NCBI GenBank assembly: GCA_002633005.1
Contig: NMRA01000041.1
Coordinates: 997,294-1,061,293 of the forward strand
DNA: 64,000 nucleotides
From: Phoronis australis
Lineage: Eukaryota; Animalia; Phoronida
Direction of reading: 5' to 3'
Position numbers and translations under genes: made by a program. This document shows positions 1-33,185 of this stretch, piece after piece. How positions within the stretch are numbered: the first letter of the stretch is position 1; each line of letters begins with the position of its first letter. The notes under the pieces are model-generated. The model was not told the origin of the DNA. It saw only the letters and a list, made by a program, of their open reading frames with translations, and ran no database searches.

Positions 1-829
1 TTCTCTTATAATCCCGCCATAGATGTTAAAAATGCAATTCTATTTACTTTTCAACATGTTGGTCCTTTGCTTTATTTATATTGCTCATTTTTTACTTTGA
101 AACTCGTACGCTAAACAGGCGTGTTGGATTACCGACCGCAGTTATCTCATCCAACACTTTCAGCCAAAATGAAGCTCATGAATAGCTCACTTAGTTCAGT
201 CAGTGACGGCGCCATCGAGCCTTTGGTGTGAGTGTTGGGGACTTCGCTGAATACCCTGTGGTAAACAGTGCACGCTTTCTCGTCCACGCGGTGTAAATCC
301 TGTTTTAGCGTACGATTTGCCAAATGGTGTCAGGATGAAAACCCAAAAATCTCATACCTATATAGCAGAATTGGCAATAATCAAATATATTTAACCACAT
401 CTGCACAGTGTTGTCAGAGTGACCATGTGGTTTTTAGCACAAAAACAGCTTTTGTCTGTCAGCTAGTAAGTGTTTTCTGTAACTTTTTCCCGTACCGGGG
501 GTCAACTTAATACCCAAATAATTGTACTCTCTCTGAATTAAGTCGTTTGTACCGTTTCACCAAATAATTGCCACTTATCGTTATTTTTCAAGTATCCCCT
601 ATTCACATGAATCTTTCATTCATTGCATCATAGATACTCTATAGTCTATGATTGCATATTATTCTTCTAGTTTGGCGATTGGTCTTTACAATTGGGGTTT
701 CTTCAATTAGAACCAAGTCATGTGCAATCCGACAGCAATAAATTTACGGGATATGCCAGCCCTGTATATTTTGTGAATCATTTTCTAAATCGCAAACAGG
801 AGTTGTCGAACCCATCCGTAGGCCCTACA

Positions 830-1000
830 CAGTGGCGGATTTAGAGAGTGGCCAAGGGGGCCATGGCCCTCCTAAAATTCTCCCCGGCAGATTCAGTTGG
901 CAGTTCGGGGAGTGCGATAATGTCTGAAGGGCAAAATCCTGGCTAATACACTGCCTTGCCCCCCCNNNGCTCAAAATCCTCAGTGGATCCGCCCCAGCTG
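830..1000 (+). mobile_element. MITE family A (CAGTGGCGGATT...GGATCCGCCCC..TG), 5-bp TSD CTACA
   Basis: Imperfect terminal inverted repeats; CTACA at 825-829 and 1001-1005; internal sequence similar to 39186-39346. Confidence 0.85.
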
Positions 1001-2270
1001 CTACACTGAAAGAAATTGATTATATAGCCGTCCCTATTCAGTCCACATTAGGCATATCTAACTAAAGTCCAGTCCACGCACAGCCTAACCTAGAACAACG
1101 TGCACTCTAGTTCAACTTACCCCACTTTTGAGTGGAGCATCCTCACCCGCCCACATAACATGTGATAACTCAGTTGCTAAAGCGGAAGTTGTCACTCTGT
1201 GCCTGACAATGAGCACTCTAATGCCAATACGGCGCGTAAGAGAAAATTGAAAACCTGTCTGTAGGTAACCGCAGCTGGTAATTACTTCCGCCCTACCCCA
1301 TTTTTGCGACCACACGGCGATTACAAGGGCCGAGTCCAAGTTTCCCTGGCAACTAGTTACCCCACCTCGATAATGTGAAGTAAGTTGTCGCTAGTGTGGT
1401 ATTCCAAAACATAATCGAGACTTCTTAGTCTAAATTAAACAAAAACACTCGGACATTTAACAACACCCATTTTTCAATATTCTCATACAATGTACAACAA
1501 GTCATGAGGTTTATGAACTTTCGAAGAACTAACTGGTTCCATAACCATTACAGGCTGAAAGTAGAGTGTCTGAGACCCTTGAATACGGATCGGGGACTCT
1601 CAACGAGTGGTACTGGAATTAGGCCAACTGAAAAAATTAAGCATTTGATCACAAGTATTTTGTAATCTAAGGTTAGAATGCGGATCAACAAAATTTGACG
1701 GCAGTCTGCACGGGGTTGATTCTAATGAGGCTCGCACGTGGAAATCTTTATAAAACGGCCCTGTTACGGGGAGGAACGCTGTGGATATGCTGGTGCAAAC
1801 CCTGTCCAGACCATCCCTGTGACCACCCGTCCCTACGGGTGCCCGTGACAGCAAACGGCGCCTGAACTCCAAGGCTGGCGTTGTCTGTATAATTATAAGC
1901 AACTGTTTCAACGACACACGGGCAAGGCTCTTGTTGTGGCCATATTGATACCAGCCCTGAACAGTAAAACGCTAAAAGAGAGAAGCCATCGACACAAAGA
2001 ACAGATAAAAAGATCGGGTTCAAACGATGTAACAAAATTTTCAAAAATCCAATTAACTTGTAAAAATACGTCGCAGTTATCAAAACTTCACATTGGACAA
2101 GTAGTATTCCATTTCGAAAAAAAACAAGACCGTTCTGTAAGAGATCAAACATGAAGTAATGAAGAAATGATAAAAATAGGGCCAAATATGCTGTCTAAAG
2201 CCTCCATTATATGTACTACTTTTACATCTGTACCTAACTATCTGCGTTACCGTACATAATTAATTATACA

Positions 2271-2369
2271 CAGGGGCGGATCCAGGATTTTTAGTTAGAG
2301 GGGCATAGTATTAGCCAGGATTTTGCCGTCAGACATGGCCCCCTTGGCCCCCTTGTAAATCCACCACCG
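2271..2369 (-). mobile_element. MITE family A, internally deleted copy, 5-bp TSD ATACA
   Basis: CAGGGGCGGATCCAGGATTTT...AAATCCACCACCG; ATACA at 2266-2270 and 2370-2374. Confidence 0.8.
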
Positions 2370-3555
2370 ATACACCCGGTATTAATGCAAATTTGCATCG
2401 CGTTCGTGTGTTCTCTCAAACTTTCGACGGAAGCGACATAGGCACCGTTTGCAAGAAGGCTATTCTATTGTCCTGGCCTTGAACTGCCAGGGGTTGCCCC
2501 GGACTGTCCCGGCTATACCACACTGGATTATTCCTGGAACTGTCTAGCAAAAAAGTGATTAAGAAAAACTGATGGACTTGTGACAGAACACAGGCGGAGA
2601 CAAAGAATTGTACAATGACAGATCAGTGCTTAACTCAATAGCGAGTGAAGACGCAATAACATTTATATTTCAACAACGCTAGTTTTGAAGTTAACTAGCA
2701 GCAACAATAAACGTGTATAATCCCAATTGATTGAAGGCATTCGAAAACAAAACATTTTTTGATAATTGTTCGAAAATAAGTGGTTTCAATAACTGATCGA
2801 GTTTTCTCCGGCGTCGCCCCCCACAAACGATTTTCTGGTCAAGAAAGGTATCCAGCACTAATGGAGTCAGATCTTTGCACGTTTTGTAAATAGAGACAAA
2901 AAACACGCTTCTCTTGTACGAAAAAATTGTGTCCCAGGTCGTGAGGGGGGGGGGATGCTTTTTACCGGGTGCATGACCTAGCCAAGTCTACCGACGTGCT
3001 AGCGGCCTCACTCTAAAATTGCGAAGAGAAAATGGCGCATCATTGTCTGTGACGGGTTGGCCGACGAGACCGTTTTCAGCTAGACAGCAATGTGCCAAAT
3101 TCGATGTTTTTTAGCCACTCGAAACAGGTCGAAAATACGGGTGTAACAATTCAATTGTTTTAGCACTAAAAACACCGTCGGTATGCCCTAGAATGAGTAT
3201 TAGGACAAACTACATGGTCATTTCAATTATTATCATTAGTTAGCCTCCGATCGAGTACGTTGGGAATTTTTCATTTTTCCATCCCGGCCCGGCCTCACCA
3301 GTCTGAGTCATTTCTTAATGTAGTTGTATTATCTCTTCAATAAAACTTGAGTTCATGTTGTATCGTGATCATATTTTTAACAGACAAGTTTTTACATGGA
3401 GTCCCCATCAATAGCCTTCTGTAAATTACATAACGTACTGTCTGTACGTTGATCAACTGATCCCAGACGGCTGTATCAATGACGTCAATTTGTCCTCACT
3501 CAGTGCGAGCTCACCATAGTTTGTAATGTTGACCACGTGTATTTTTCTTAACTAG

Positions 3556-23259
<19,704 letters not shown>

Positions 23260-26200
23260 TGTCCCTTTCACTCTTAACTTACAGTGGACATTATAAATAA
23301 TTGGCAATTTTAATTAATGTGTCAGATTAGGTGGTGGAAATTATTGCGCAGCCACGTCCCTAAATTCCAGCTTTGTTCGTCTCAGCCCCAGTCTTTGACC
23401 AATAAACCAAGTGTACAAAATCCTTCAACTCCACTCATACCCAAAGTATTCCAGACCCAAACCATGGTTTTGGCTGAGACATCTGGTATTGAATATGCAC
23501 CATGGGATTTGTGTTAACTGGTCCGGGACTGGGTGGTTAGGCGACTTTAGCTGAAATTTAGAGGCGCTGCCACGGAATCATTTCTACCCCCTGTAGATAG
23601 AATCTGGTACTGATGGTGTAATATAGGTTTGTAAAGATTAGGCATGGCTTGAGTGCCCCACATCAGAACGTGTGATGTTGGACCTTTACCAAGGTATGTC
23701 AGGACCTCATATTGATGTCTTTGTACTCAAATTGAACTTTATGGACCAGTTGCAAAGACATGCCGATATTTAGACTTGGCACGTCGATGTTATAAATAGG
23801 CTAGCGATCGGATTTGAACTCCTCTGTATACAGGAATAAGTGTTTGCTCAATAGGTCTTGTGCTTTCTTCACTATTGATTCACCTTCATGCATTGTGCAG
23901 TGCAGGCCGGGTCTAGGTCATGTCTGTAAATTGTTGTCTGATGACTTGTAGTACTTTTGTGTTGCATCATTGTTTGAAAACTGTTGTGTAAGATTGCAGA
24001 CATGTCCACATGTTCCAAATGCTGTCTAAGTCTGATAACTGATGCCAACATTTGGCTATGTAGAATTATCCTCACGCTCTGTTGTTATGATGTTGAGTGG
24101 ATGATTCGTTTTTCACCGATGTGGTTTACACAAATGAATGCACAGTGTAGACGAACCTGGAACCTGAGAGGATCAAGTCTTTTTTGCTACGGGCATAATT
24201 TTTATGTTTCTATGTCTTTTAAAATTTAGTCTTTATCCATCCATGAAAGTTTGTATTCAAAATGAAACTAAATCTGTTCATCTGGAGTACAGTTCTTACT
24301 AGAAAGCCTCGAGCCCTCGGGAGGGTCCACTCGCTTCTTGAAAAAGTGTGGAATGATGAAAATGGCGTGAGGTGACGCTGCTCGCTGTGAACTCTACTAT
24401 TGATCAAACCTCGCGAGAGTTCACATTGAGCAGTGCCACCTGTATCGCCATTTTAACCATTTCACCTTAGCTCAAGAAGGGAGCAGGTTGCTTCAGAGAA
24501 CTTGAGGATTAATAGTACGTACTGTAGTCCAGTTGAACAGATTTAGTTGCTCTTGATTATGCTTCTATGTATTAAGTTTGTTTTACCTAGTGTAAGTTTT
24601 CAATTCACTGAAATTGCCATATAGGGACAACATATATTTAAGATTTGCCAATACGGGATATCCCTGAATGTTGTTTTACTCCCGTCAAGAAACATAGAGT
24701 TCTGTTTTTGCACCACTACAAGCTATACGCTTTACCTGTGACTCTTTTTTCTTCCCGCGAACTGAAATTCTTTCTATGCCACCTTCACTGATTTGAATTT
24801 TGATCATGAAATTTTTGGGGAGAACAGAATGCTGTTGGTGAACGAATTGTAGGTAAATTTGTGGTGCAAGAGACATGAAGCACAGTTTGTGAAGAGAATT
24901 ATATTAGGTGGTTAAATATGTGGATTGTTGCCAGGCAATCCTTGTGATGTGGAAAAGAGAAGTCTAATTCCTTTAACTGTATTGTAATAATCTTTAAATG
25001 CTAAAAAATTTCTCTCGTTGATTTGACATTATAGATGTATGCATGCCCATATACGAAAGTTTTTATTTTCAGCCAGTTTTAAAGTTTTTAACTATCTTAT
25101 CAGAATGCTCTCTGCTAAACTAACAAATCCACTCGGTTATACCTAGTGGAAACGGTAGTCTTTGGTCTTGTAGCAATGACTGGTGTTATTTGTCAAGAGT
25201 TGAGTCGTTGCACATGCGTGCAATACTAGATCAGTGAATTGCATTGGTCAATCTCATATTTACCTGTTTGTCATACTTGTTGCTTCATTTGTTTTTACAT
25301 ATCTAGGCTTAACGTTGCTGAATCTAGTTTTTGAATTTTTTGGACTTGAAACTAGACAGGATTTTACATGGTTTTCACGAAGTTATGAATTTTTTTTTCA
25401 GTAAAAATGAAACTGAAAAGTAGGTGATGTTTGGACCAAGTCTTTTCCTCTGACACAAGATTTTCCCGCAATTATTGTTAAAGAATGCAATGACACGCAG
25501 CTTTGAGGATTTTTTGTACCTAGTTGAAAATTGATGATATGTTCACTGTATTACTTAGTGCAAAATTTTGTTTTGTTTAAACTTTATTGTCTCATTTGCT
25601 AAACTTGGTTCGAGTAACTTCAGATCATCAGCGGAACTCCTTTATGTTTGCATCACTGCTCTCTTCAGTGTGGTGTCCTCTTGGGGTGTTATTACTTATC
25701 AGTCCTAAGTTGGGTCAGGCAGCCAGTTGATGGTGGTCTGTATTGCTCAAACTATTCAACCTGTCAGTTACACTTTGTTGAGTTCAGGCTTCAGCATCAC
25801 AGGTCTATCACTCGGCCTCATACCCAGATTCCACTTCTGATCTGTACAGTATAAATAGGAGACTTCATATCCACCAGTTGGCGCTAGTGATTAAAGGTTC
25901 ATCCATTTTAATAGCAGAATAGATTAAGAGCAGAAAGCAGTTCATCAGCGTTGCGGCATCTGTGGGCCAAGGATCCAGCACAACTACTTTAATGCATACA
26001 TCTCTACAGGGAGGACCCTTCCAGCAGTGCCACCTAGTGAATTTAAAGTCCCCCACTGAGACTGGTGTTCGTGCTTTGAAAATTACCAAGGGTGGCACGT
26101 AAGAGATGATGATTAGATTGTACATTATGGCTCTTCATCTTTATGAATACTGTGTGTATATTGCTCTTCACTCAGTTCACTTGTGTAGGATATAGAAACG

Positions 26201-29200
26201 GTCCAGTGACAACTCGTAACTAACCTGACCAACCATCTGTGGTTCACTGTTGTCTGAGAGTCACTCTCGTATCTCTAACCCATGTCTTGACAGTTTCGTC
26301 TGTTGAGTTTTGAAATTCTTGCCACTAAGCTGAAGATTTTGTGTGAATGGCTACCGAAATTCATAAAGTCCAGGCAATGCATTTTGATGTCCTGTCAAAC
26401 TGTTAAGATAGAGGGTCTGGCTGCTAACTTGTATATATTTTTTGCAGTGTTGCATAGTCACTCTGCGGTTTTATAAGCCTCTAGTCAATACAATTCTTTA
26501 AATGAATAAGTTAGGTAATGGCCAATTGCCTTCATCATTTGTCTTTGAGAAAGTTCATGTTCACCTGTTACAAGAGTTTGGGTTAGTTTTTGTGTTGTAT
26601 TATGGGTAATTGAAGAAGCATTCTCCAGTTTGGGAGAGTGAAATTTCCTCACAGTCAGAGCTGGTGACAAATTTTAGAAATGAGCAATATTGGCAGTCTC
26701 ATGAAGTATGATCAATAAGGGAACATCATATTGATATTGACATTGATATTGATATTGACATTGAACACAGGAAAATGTTACATAGGCAATTTACTAACTG
26801 CCAAGTCCATTTTTAGATTGTTGGTACAAAATGCAATGCCCCCGTATTGGAGAAGTATGAACTCGAAAATCAACCCTTATCCCACTCAAGAAATTTCAAT
26901 ATCTACTTGAAGTCTGTTGTCCCAAAATGTAGAAACTCCCCAAACTGGAGAATATTTGGGGCAAATGTTTCTCCCATAGGGAGGGTTCACATGCTTTATT
27001 TTGAAACATGGGAAAGTATTGTGTTAAGTAATAGCGGATCCCTTGCTGTAAATCTTAATATTTGCTGGAGACCATGCACTTTCGTTGTTGCTGTTAACCA
27101 ATTAACAACACAATATGACGACAAGTGAAATTATGTTTTCTTATTCTTTCCTTAAAAGATGTGTAGTATCATATTGAGACTTTTCCATGTTACAAGTGTT
27201 GTACCACTGCTACCGCCAGTCGGGCATTCACAACATTGTTTGAAGCTCTCTAAAAATGATTAGGGGACACTTTGGCAATGTTTTGAGTGGACTGTGAACT
27301 ACTGAGTGGCAGGTGGATCAGGTGACGATGTACAGGATAGAAAGTGGGTATCACTGGAGAAATAATCGAGGAGTAGCTCTTGTTTTGATGTTTTGTATTC
27401 ACTAGGGGCATGGCGTCAGTTGTAATGATTTGTGTTACTGTAGCCCAGTGCTGGTGTGTTCAGCGCCATCTATTGTGGGGGAGGTATCGAGTCACTGTTG
27501 TCCCCAATATACTGTATCCTCGACCTGTTTAGTGCTTGTGATGTCCCGAGAATTTTATGTTGAAAATGTAACTGCATGCGTAAATTTTCCGAATTTTTTA
27601 ACTGTTCACAGGAGTGACAATGAGAAAAACCTGGGTGAGTAGGTTATTTGTGCCAGAAATTGTCAGGTAATTATGTTCTATATAGTATATATGTATTCCC
27701 AAACAAACACTATGGAGGATAGTCACCCGTCTGTTGTGGCGTTTGCCTTTGTATTACTCCTTGTTAAATCTGCTTTTGAGTATACAGTGTATAAAGTAAG
27801 TTATTAGACATCCATTTTTACTAGAACGGTTTTGTACAGGTAAAATGCAAACTGAATTGTCTGTATACCTATGTTGTAAATCTCGAATGCATTTTGTTAA
27901 CAAAATTAGTTGTTGTTTCAATAGACTTTGCCACTATCAGTAAACGGGTACAATCACGTAATAATGTTTTTAAACATTAGCGAACAATAAATTGTAGTGT
28001 GATTTTAAAGTGACAATTCACTGCTGCATACTTCATGGCGTTGCCATGGAGACTGCTCCATCTACCTAATTGACTATTTTCTCAAACTTTTAGCCGTTTT
28101 GCACTGGTGCAATAATAATAATAATAATATTTCAGTCTACTTATTTTTGAAGGCCACTTGAGAAAATGACTGATATTACAACTGGCTACACTACATATTA
28201 TAATAAAACAACAACGGGAATATGCCGGGAACGTGGTTTGCAGTAGATATTTCTAATTGTAACACAACTGAATAAATGACGAACTTCTTAAAATGGAAGA
28301 TAAATGTCTTGTTTAGCGTTCAAGCTTTCCTGCAAAATTAATGTATTCAAGATCGCTCGACTCCAAATACAAAATACTGACCACTATGTAAAAGTGCCGC
28401 TGTCCTTATCTTGACGGCTGGTGATGAATACATGTATGCCTACCCGCAGGCATGAGAACCCTTCGTTTGATTATGCTTCTTGTACTAGCGGTAATTATGT
28501 CGCATCTTTGATGAGGTCATTACCAATATGGGATTTTAATTCATTCCGTTATGTGCGTTTCAAGGAGTTTAAAAGGTACAATTGATGGGTTTATGTGTAC
28601 TGGTTGCCATGGCAACCATTTTTTGGATTTTTAAAATTCTGCTACTGATTTTGACATTGAACCACAAGTCTGCTGATGTTATAATTCCATACTACCCGGT
28701 TACATATTGACCACTCCCATGAATTTTAGGTAAGGTCATTTAAATGGTTAGAGTATTGTGTGCTTCTAACGTGACTACCATCAAGCCTAAAACTGATGAT
28801 CTTTACGGTGAAAATACCTGGTTACCGTGGTAACGATACCCAATTCAGCTTGGCCACACCCCAAAGCTTCAGCAAAGGGTTACTGAAAGAACTCTAGCTA
28901 TGGTTGCCTGGTTCTAACTCTAGGTATGGTTGCCTTGTTTCTTTTCCATCAAATCTGACAACGGTACATATTTTTGATTGACGAATCCTCAGTTTCAACA
29001 TAGAGTCCCTCTAACTAATTTGAGCATGGTTGCCTGCTTCTGACTTGACTTTGCAATCAAACATAGCGGCGTTTTTCTGTTCAGTGACTGCCAGACATCG
29101 AGGGTTATCAGCGTATGATAACATCTAGCCTCTTTGTTAACTGCCAAGCTCAGTTTTTTGTCTGGTATGACGACAGGCAGGCAATTATCTACCAGACCAC

Positions 29201-29940
29201 GTGTGAACACAATCAAACCCAAATCGAATTGATCTATTCGGAAAGAATAGATTGTCATAACTTCGGTTGTAGTTGTTAGTGGGCGATTTTGGCAATTCAA
29301 AAACTAAACATGATCACCATTTGACGAGGATTTCATGTTATAATTTAACCTTTATTTTTAGAAGCACAGCCCAGTCAGGCTAGATATGATCTTAATAGAG
29401 ATTAAAGCAATCATGGAACAAAAGAGCTGGCCCTCCAATCATAAATGCCAGAATGGGTCGAGTTAATCAGTCGTGTAAGATATTGGCTACATGGGTGTTC
29501 TTCCCAACTTGTTGTTGGGCTATAGAATCGAACAAGTTGGGAGCAACTGGAAAGCGCCGTAATGCCTAAATTTTTGATTTTGGCTAACTGGCAACAATCC
29601 AAGATTTCCAGAGGATGCCCCCTGCCAAACGTGTACATCTCAAACCTTTCTACGCCTTGATAAACATTGATGTCATTTTTTCATGGCGTCAGCAAGTACA
29701 GAATGCTTAAAAAAGACAAGTTTTACAGTGTGCGGGGCCTTAAGCATACCGTCCATTTTGTGACTTACCCATTTGACTGTTTTCTCTTCAAACCATTTTC
29801 TCTCACCGTAGGACAGAAATCCCAAAGATGCGAATCAAGTTGTAAAGTAGATACTGCTTCTATTTGTGTAAATTTCTTGGAAAGTAGAAGTATAAACAGA
29901 GGGTAGGTACACTCACTGTTTAAGTAAATGATAAACTTGC

Positions 29941-30076
29941 CAGGGGCGGATCCAGGATTTTGGTTTGTGGGGAGCAGGGCAGAGTAGCCTATTAGCCAGG
30001 ATTTTACCAGTCAGACATTCGCACCCTCGAACTGCCAAATGGAATCTGGAAGAATTTGCCCCCCCCCCCCCCCNTG
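29941..30076 (-). mobile_element. MITE family A, 5-bp TSD CTTGC; one end collapsed into a C-run containing an N
   Basis: CAGGGGCGGATCCAGGATTTT start; CTTGC at 29936-29940 and 30077-30081. Confidence 0.78.
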
Positions 30077-31161
30077 CTTGCCCAGCATTTCAAATAAATA
30101 TGGTACGAATAACCCAAGTTGAATACATAAGGGCCATGCTCGGCACATAAAATGACCAACCGGTTCAAACCAAGTGGTTCTAAGAAAAAGAACAGACGTT
30201 AGCCAGGAACACATCGAGACAAATTTGATATACAACGGCAAGTGACTTAATAAATGATAATTTACTTTTTGGACAGAAGACAGACAGCAGTAATAGCTGG
30301 TAAGAAAGATATAAATAAATATCGAAACGAGATTAATATTTATCGAGATAGCACAGTCCACGTCAACACGTGCACGAATGTCGAGTTTACGTACCAGTTA
30401 CCAAACCTTTAATATCCTGGATTAAAATCAAAAGGTATTGTTCACATTTATCCACCCGCCGCCTTATCAAAACATGACGTGTTCGACGGCCAGCAATCTG
30501 CACTAAGCAAAAATTAAATACAGAAGAACTTGATGACCACCGGATGTAAACACGATGTAAAGTTGTCCATGTGTTGAACATCCTACATGAAGGAGTCCGT
30601 TTATGTTGTCGGTGTTCTCAAGTTGTGGTCGTAGAATCTAACTGACATTTATCCAAACATTTACAAAATAATAGATTCTAACTCAGTAAAACGATATATT
30701 TTCTGAAAAAAGAAACCTTGTAGAATTTGATTTCTGACTTTTTACTAATCTCCCAACTGGCATTATTTGGACCACGTGGTCATGTCGTTTCAATAAAACT
30801 AAGCAAGAAAGAAAGGCGCATTGGTAGCGAAACAATGATACCGATAAGATGAACAAATTCCATTTGATATCAAGATGAGATCTCAAAAACCCTGTTACAG
30901 TTTTCGAAAATATCGTTTGGTTAGTCGTATGCAACTTTCAGGGGATTTTTTATGACAATCACAAAAGTCATATTGTTTGATAGCGCCTCACACATGTAGA
31001 ACAGTTTAAAACCTATCCCTAATCGCATAATAGAGAACAGCGCCTGAAATATGATATCTGAAAGTTTCAGGTTAATTCAGTGAGCCATTGCTGAGATATG
31101 ATGTTTCGAAGTTTTACAAATTTGGAAATTTTTAAGATCCTGCGTTAGTTGATTTAAACCG

Positions 31162-31204
31162 GCTTGACACGTTTCGGCGTTAATTAAAACACCATCTTCA
31201 GAGC
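31162..31204 (-). ncRNA. Putative minimal type I hammerhead ribozyme (mirror copy)
   Basis: Minus strand reads GCU-CUGAAGA-UGGUGUU(UUAAUU)AACGCC-GAAA-CGUG-UC-AAGC; stem II pairs fully, stem I is one base out of register. Confidence 0.58.
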
Positions 31205-31470
31205 AAAAACAGTGGCAACCTTGCTGGGCCCAACAGCAAGTAATGATACACAGACACAGTCAGTTACAGGGGAGTAACAACAGACTAGACTAACAATGAC
31301 AATCTGAGGCGTGCAGCTGCCTATTGCAGAGATTGCGCTTACACCACGTGATATGTAGAGCCTTACACCACAGGTTGCAATTGTTAGTCTTATCTGTTGT
31401 TACTCCACTGAAACTGAATGTGTCTGTGTATCATTACTTGTTGTTGGGCCTAGCAAGGTGGCCACTGTTT

Positions 31471-31514
31471 GCTTCTGAGGATGGTGTTTTATTAAACCCC
31501 GAAACATGTCAAGC
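31471..31514 (+). ncRNA. Putative minimal type I hammerhead ribozyme
   Basis: GCUU-CUGAGGA-UGGUGUUU(UAUU)AAACCCC-GAAA-CAUG-UC-AAGC: core CUGANGA and GAAA, stem II hairpin, palindromic CAUG vestigial stem III, GUC cleavage triplet, stem I GCUU/AAGC. Confidence 0.65.
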
Positions 31515-31742
31515 CATCGTTGTTGTTGTTGTCAGCAAATGCTGCTACTTGCTATAATGAAGTTCCGACATAACCATAATGACTCAATACGACAAAGTTG
31601 GCATTGCTGCCCTAGTTCTCAGACAAGCTACTGCTCATCAAAAGACTTGGAACACTCATACATTGAAGTATGATACATAATCTCCCTCATGTAAATTGGG
31701 CAATAAAGTCGGGGGTATCATAATTGAACAGACCTCGTATAT

Positions 31743-31916
31743 TAAGTACCATTACAATAAGTACAGTGACGTAAGTACCATTGCAATAAGTACAGTGACG
31801 TAAGTACCATTGCAATAAGTACAGTGACGTAAGTACCATTGCAATAAGTACAGTGACGTAAGTACCACTGCAATAAGTACAGTGACGTAAGTACCATTGC
31901 AATAAGTACAGTGACG
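31743..31916. repeat. 29-bp tandem repeat x6 (TAAGTACCATTGCAATAAGTACAGTGACG)
   Basis: Six near-identical head-to-tail copies, no spacers. Confidence 0.96.
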
Positions 31917-33185
31917 ACCTTAACTTGGGAAATAAGTGCCAAGCAATATCAAGCATAGCAGTATATTTAATTCGTTTGTAATTAGATTGTCTGCCCAATC
32001 ACGTAAGTTTGATCACATTACTACATTAAAGAGCATATTTTTGCAAATGCTCGTAACAGTTTCAAAACTAAGTATCGATACGTGCATTTTCAGCATATGT
32101 GAAGCTGTTGGCACCTATCTTAACATTAATTTTACAATATGAGAACTCTACAAGCAATATATTGTTGCCAATTGAAGTAACAGTTCTCTAGTAAACGCGT
32201 AATCGTATAAAATATTATACAACATTTCTATTTGCTGTCCTCCTATTATAATACTTATAATAAGTTTAATATTTGTGACATAATCACTCCTTATTGCCCT
32301 GCCAAGCAGCGACACTCAACAATCCGAGTACTAGTTATATGTCAATGCCTTGGTATAAAAATTGTCTTAACTAATGTAATCTGAATTAAAAGAAAAACAT
32401 GTGACGTCAATCCATGTGCAATTCAGGGTCAGGAACAGGAATAGCTGCTGAGAGAATTAATGCCCCAGACATAGCACCTACTCAAGGTTATCTAGAGATT
32501 AAACAGTCTTAGTTTAATCAGTTTTCTTCCAGCAAAAGGGGTACATTGCATGGGTATGATTGGGAGGAGGGGAAAGGGGGTTCCAGCAATGTGACTATTG
32601 AAGGGAGGATTAATCAATATTATGTGAGGTGATAGTACGGACTACAAAAATTTCTAGCAAACACGCTTCAGCTATGTTTTTGAACATATCAGGCAAAAAG
32701 AGCATACTAGTTCGTTCTGGTCTGTACCCCTACTCATTTTGAAACCTGCGTTCACCGACTAAAAATGCCCGCCGCATTAATTTCAACCAAAGCCTTGCGT
32801 TTTTTGAACAGCTGCACAAAGGCATGTAAGCAAGGTTTGAAACGCCAAGGTTTTTCTAAGCGATGAATAAAAAAATTCGTTTTTCCTTGTCTCAAGTAAA
32901 GTTTCTTTTTTTTTTGAAAAAGTGAACCGTGAGAAAATACCGCACCACCGACCCAGTTTCCAAAAAATAAACAGACCAGAATCAACCATGTTTTTGGCCT
33001 TATATATGACGTACATTTCAGTTTCATAACAGTGACTTTCTACGTGACATGACGGCAACAACTGCACAATGAAATCGTGTTCGTGACCACAAACAGGACC
33101 AATTCTACGGAGAGAAGCGTTTTATCGATGTCCGCACTTTATCGAGAATTTAGAGTAATTGGAAATTTGAAAAATCTTCATTCAC

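Larger units (their letters stand above)
31161..31515. repeat. Long imperfect palindrome (~140-bp arms, ~75-bp spacer), Penelope-like pseudo-LTR inverted pair
   Basis: GGCTTGACACGTTTCGG...GGCCCAACAGCAAGTAATGATACACAGACACA...GGAGTAACAACAGA is mirrored by TCTGTTGTTACTCC...TGTGTCTGTGTATCATTACTTGTTGTTGGGCC...CCGAAACATGTCAAGCC. Confidence 0.9.

Noticed and set aside
1600-2185. Overlapping 105-aa and 145-aa minus-strand ORFs
   Set aside because: Non-ATG starts, no recognisable domain or convincing splice structure.
31743-31916. 29-bp repeats of CRISPR-like length
   Set aside because: Head-to-tail with no unique spacers, no cas genes, eukaryotic context; it is a minisatellite.
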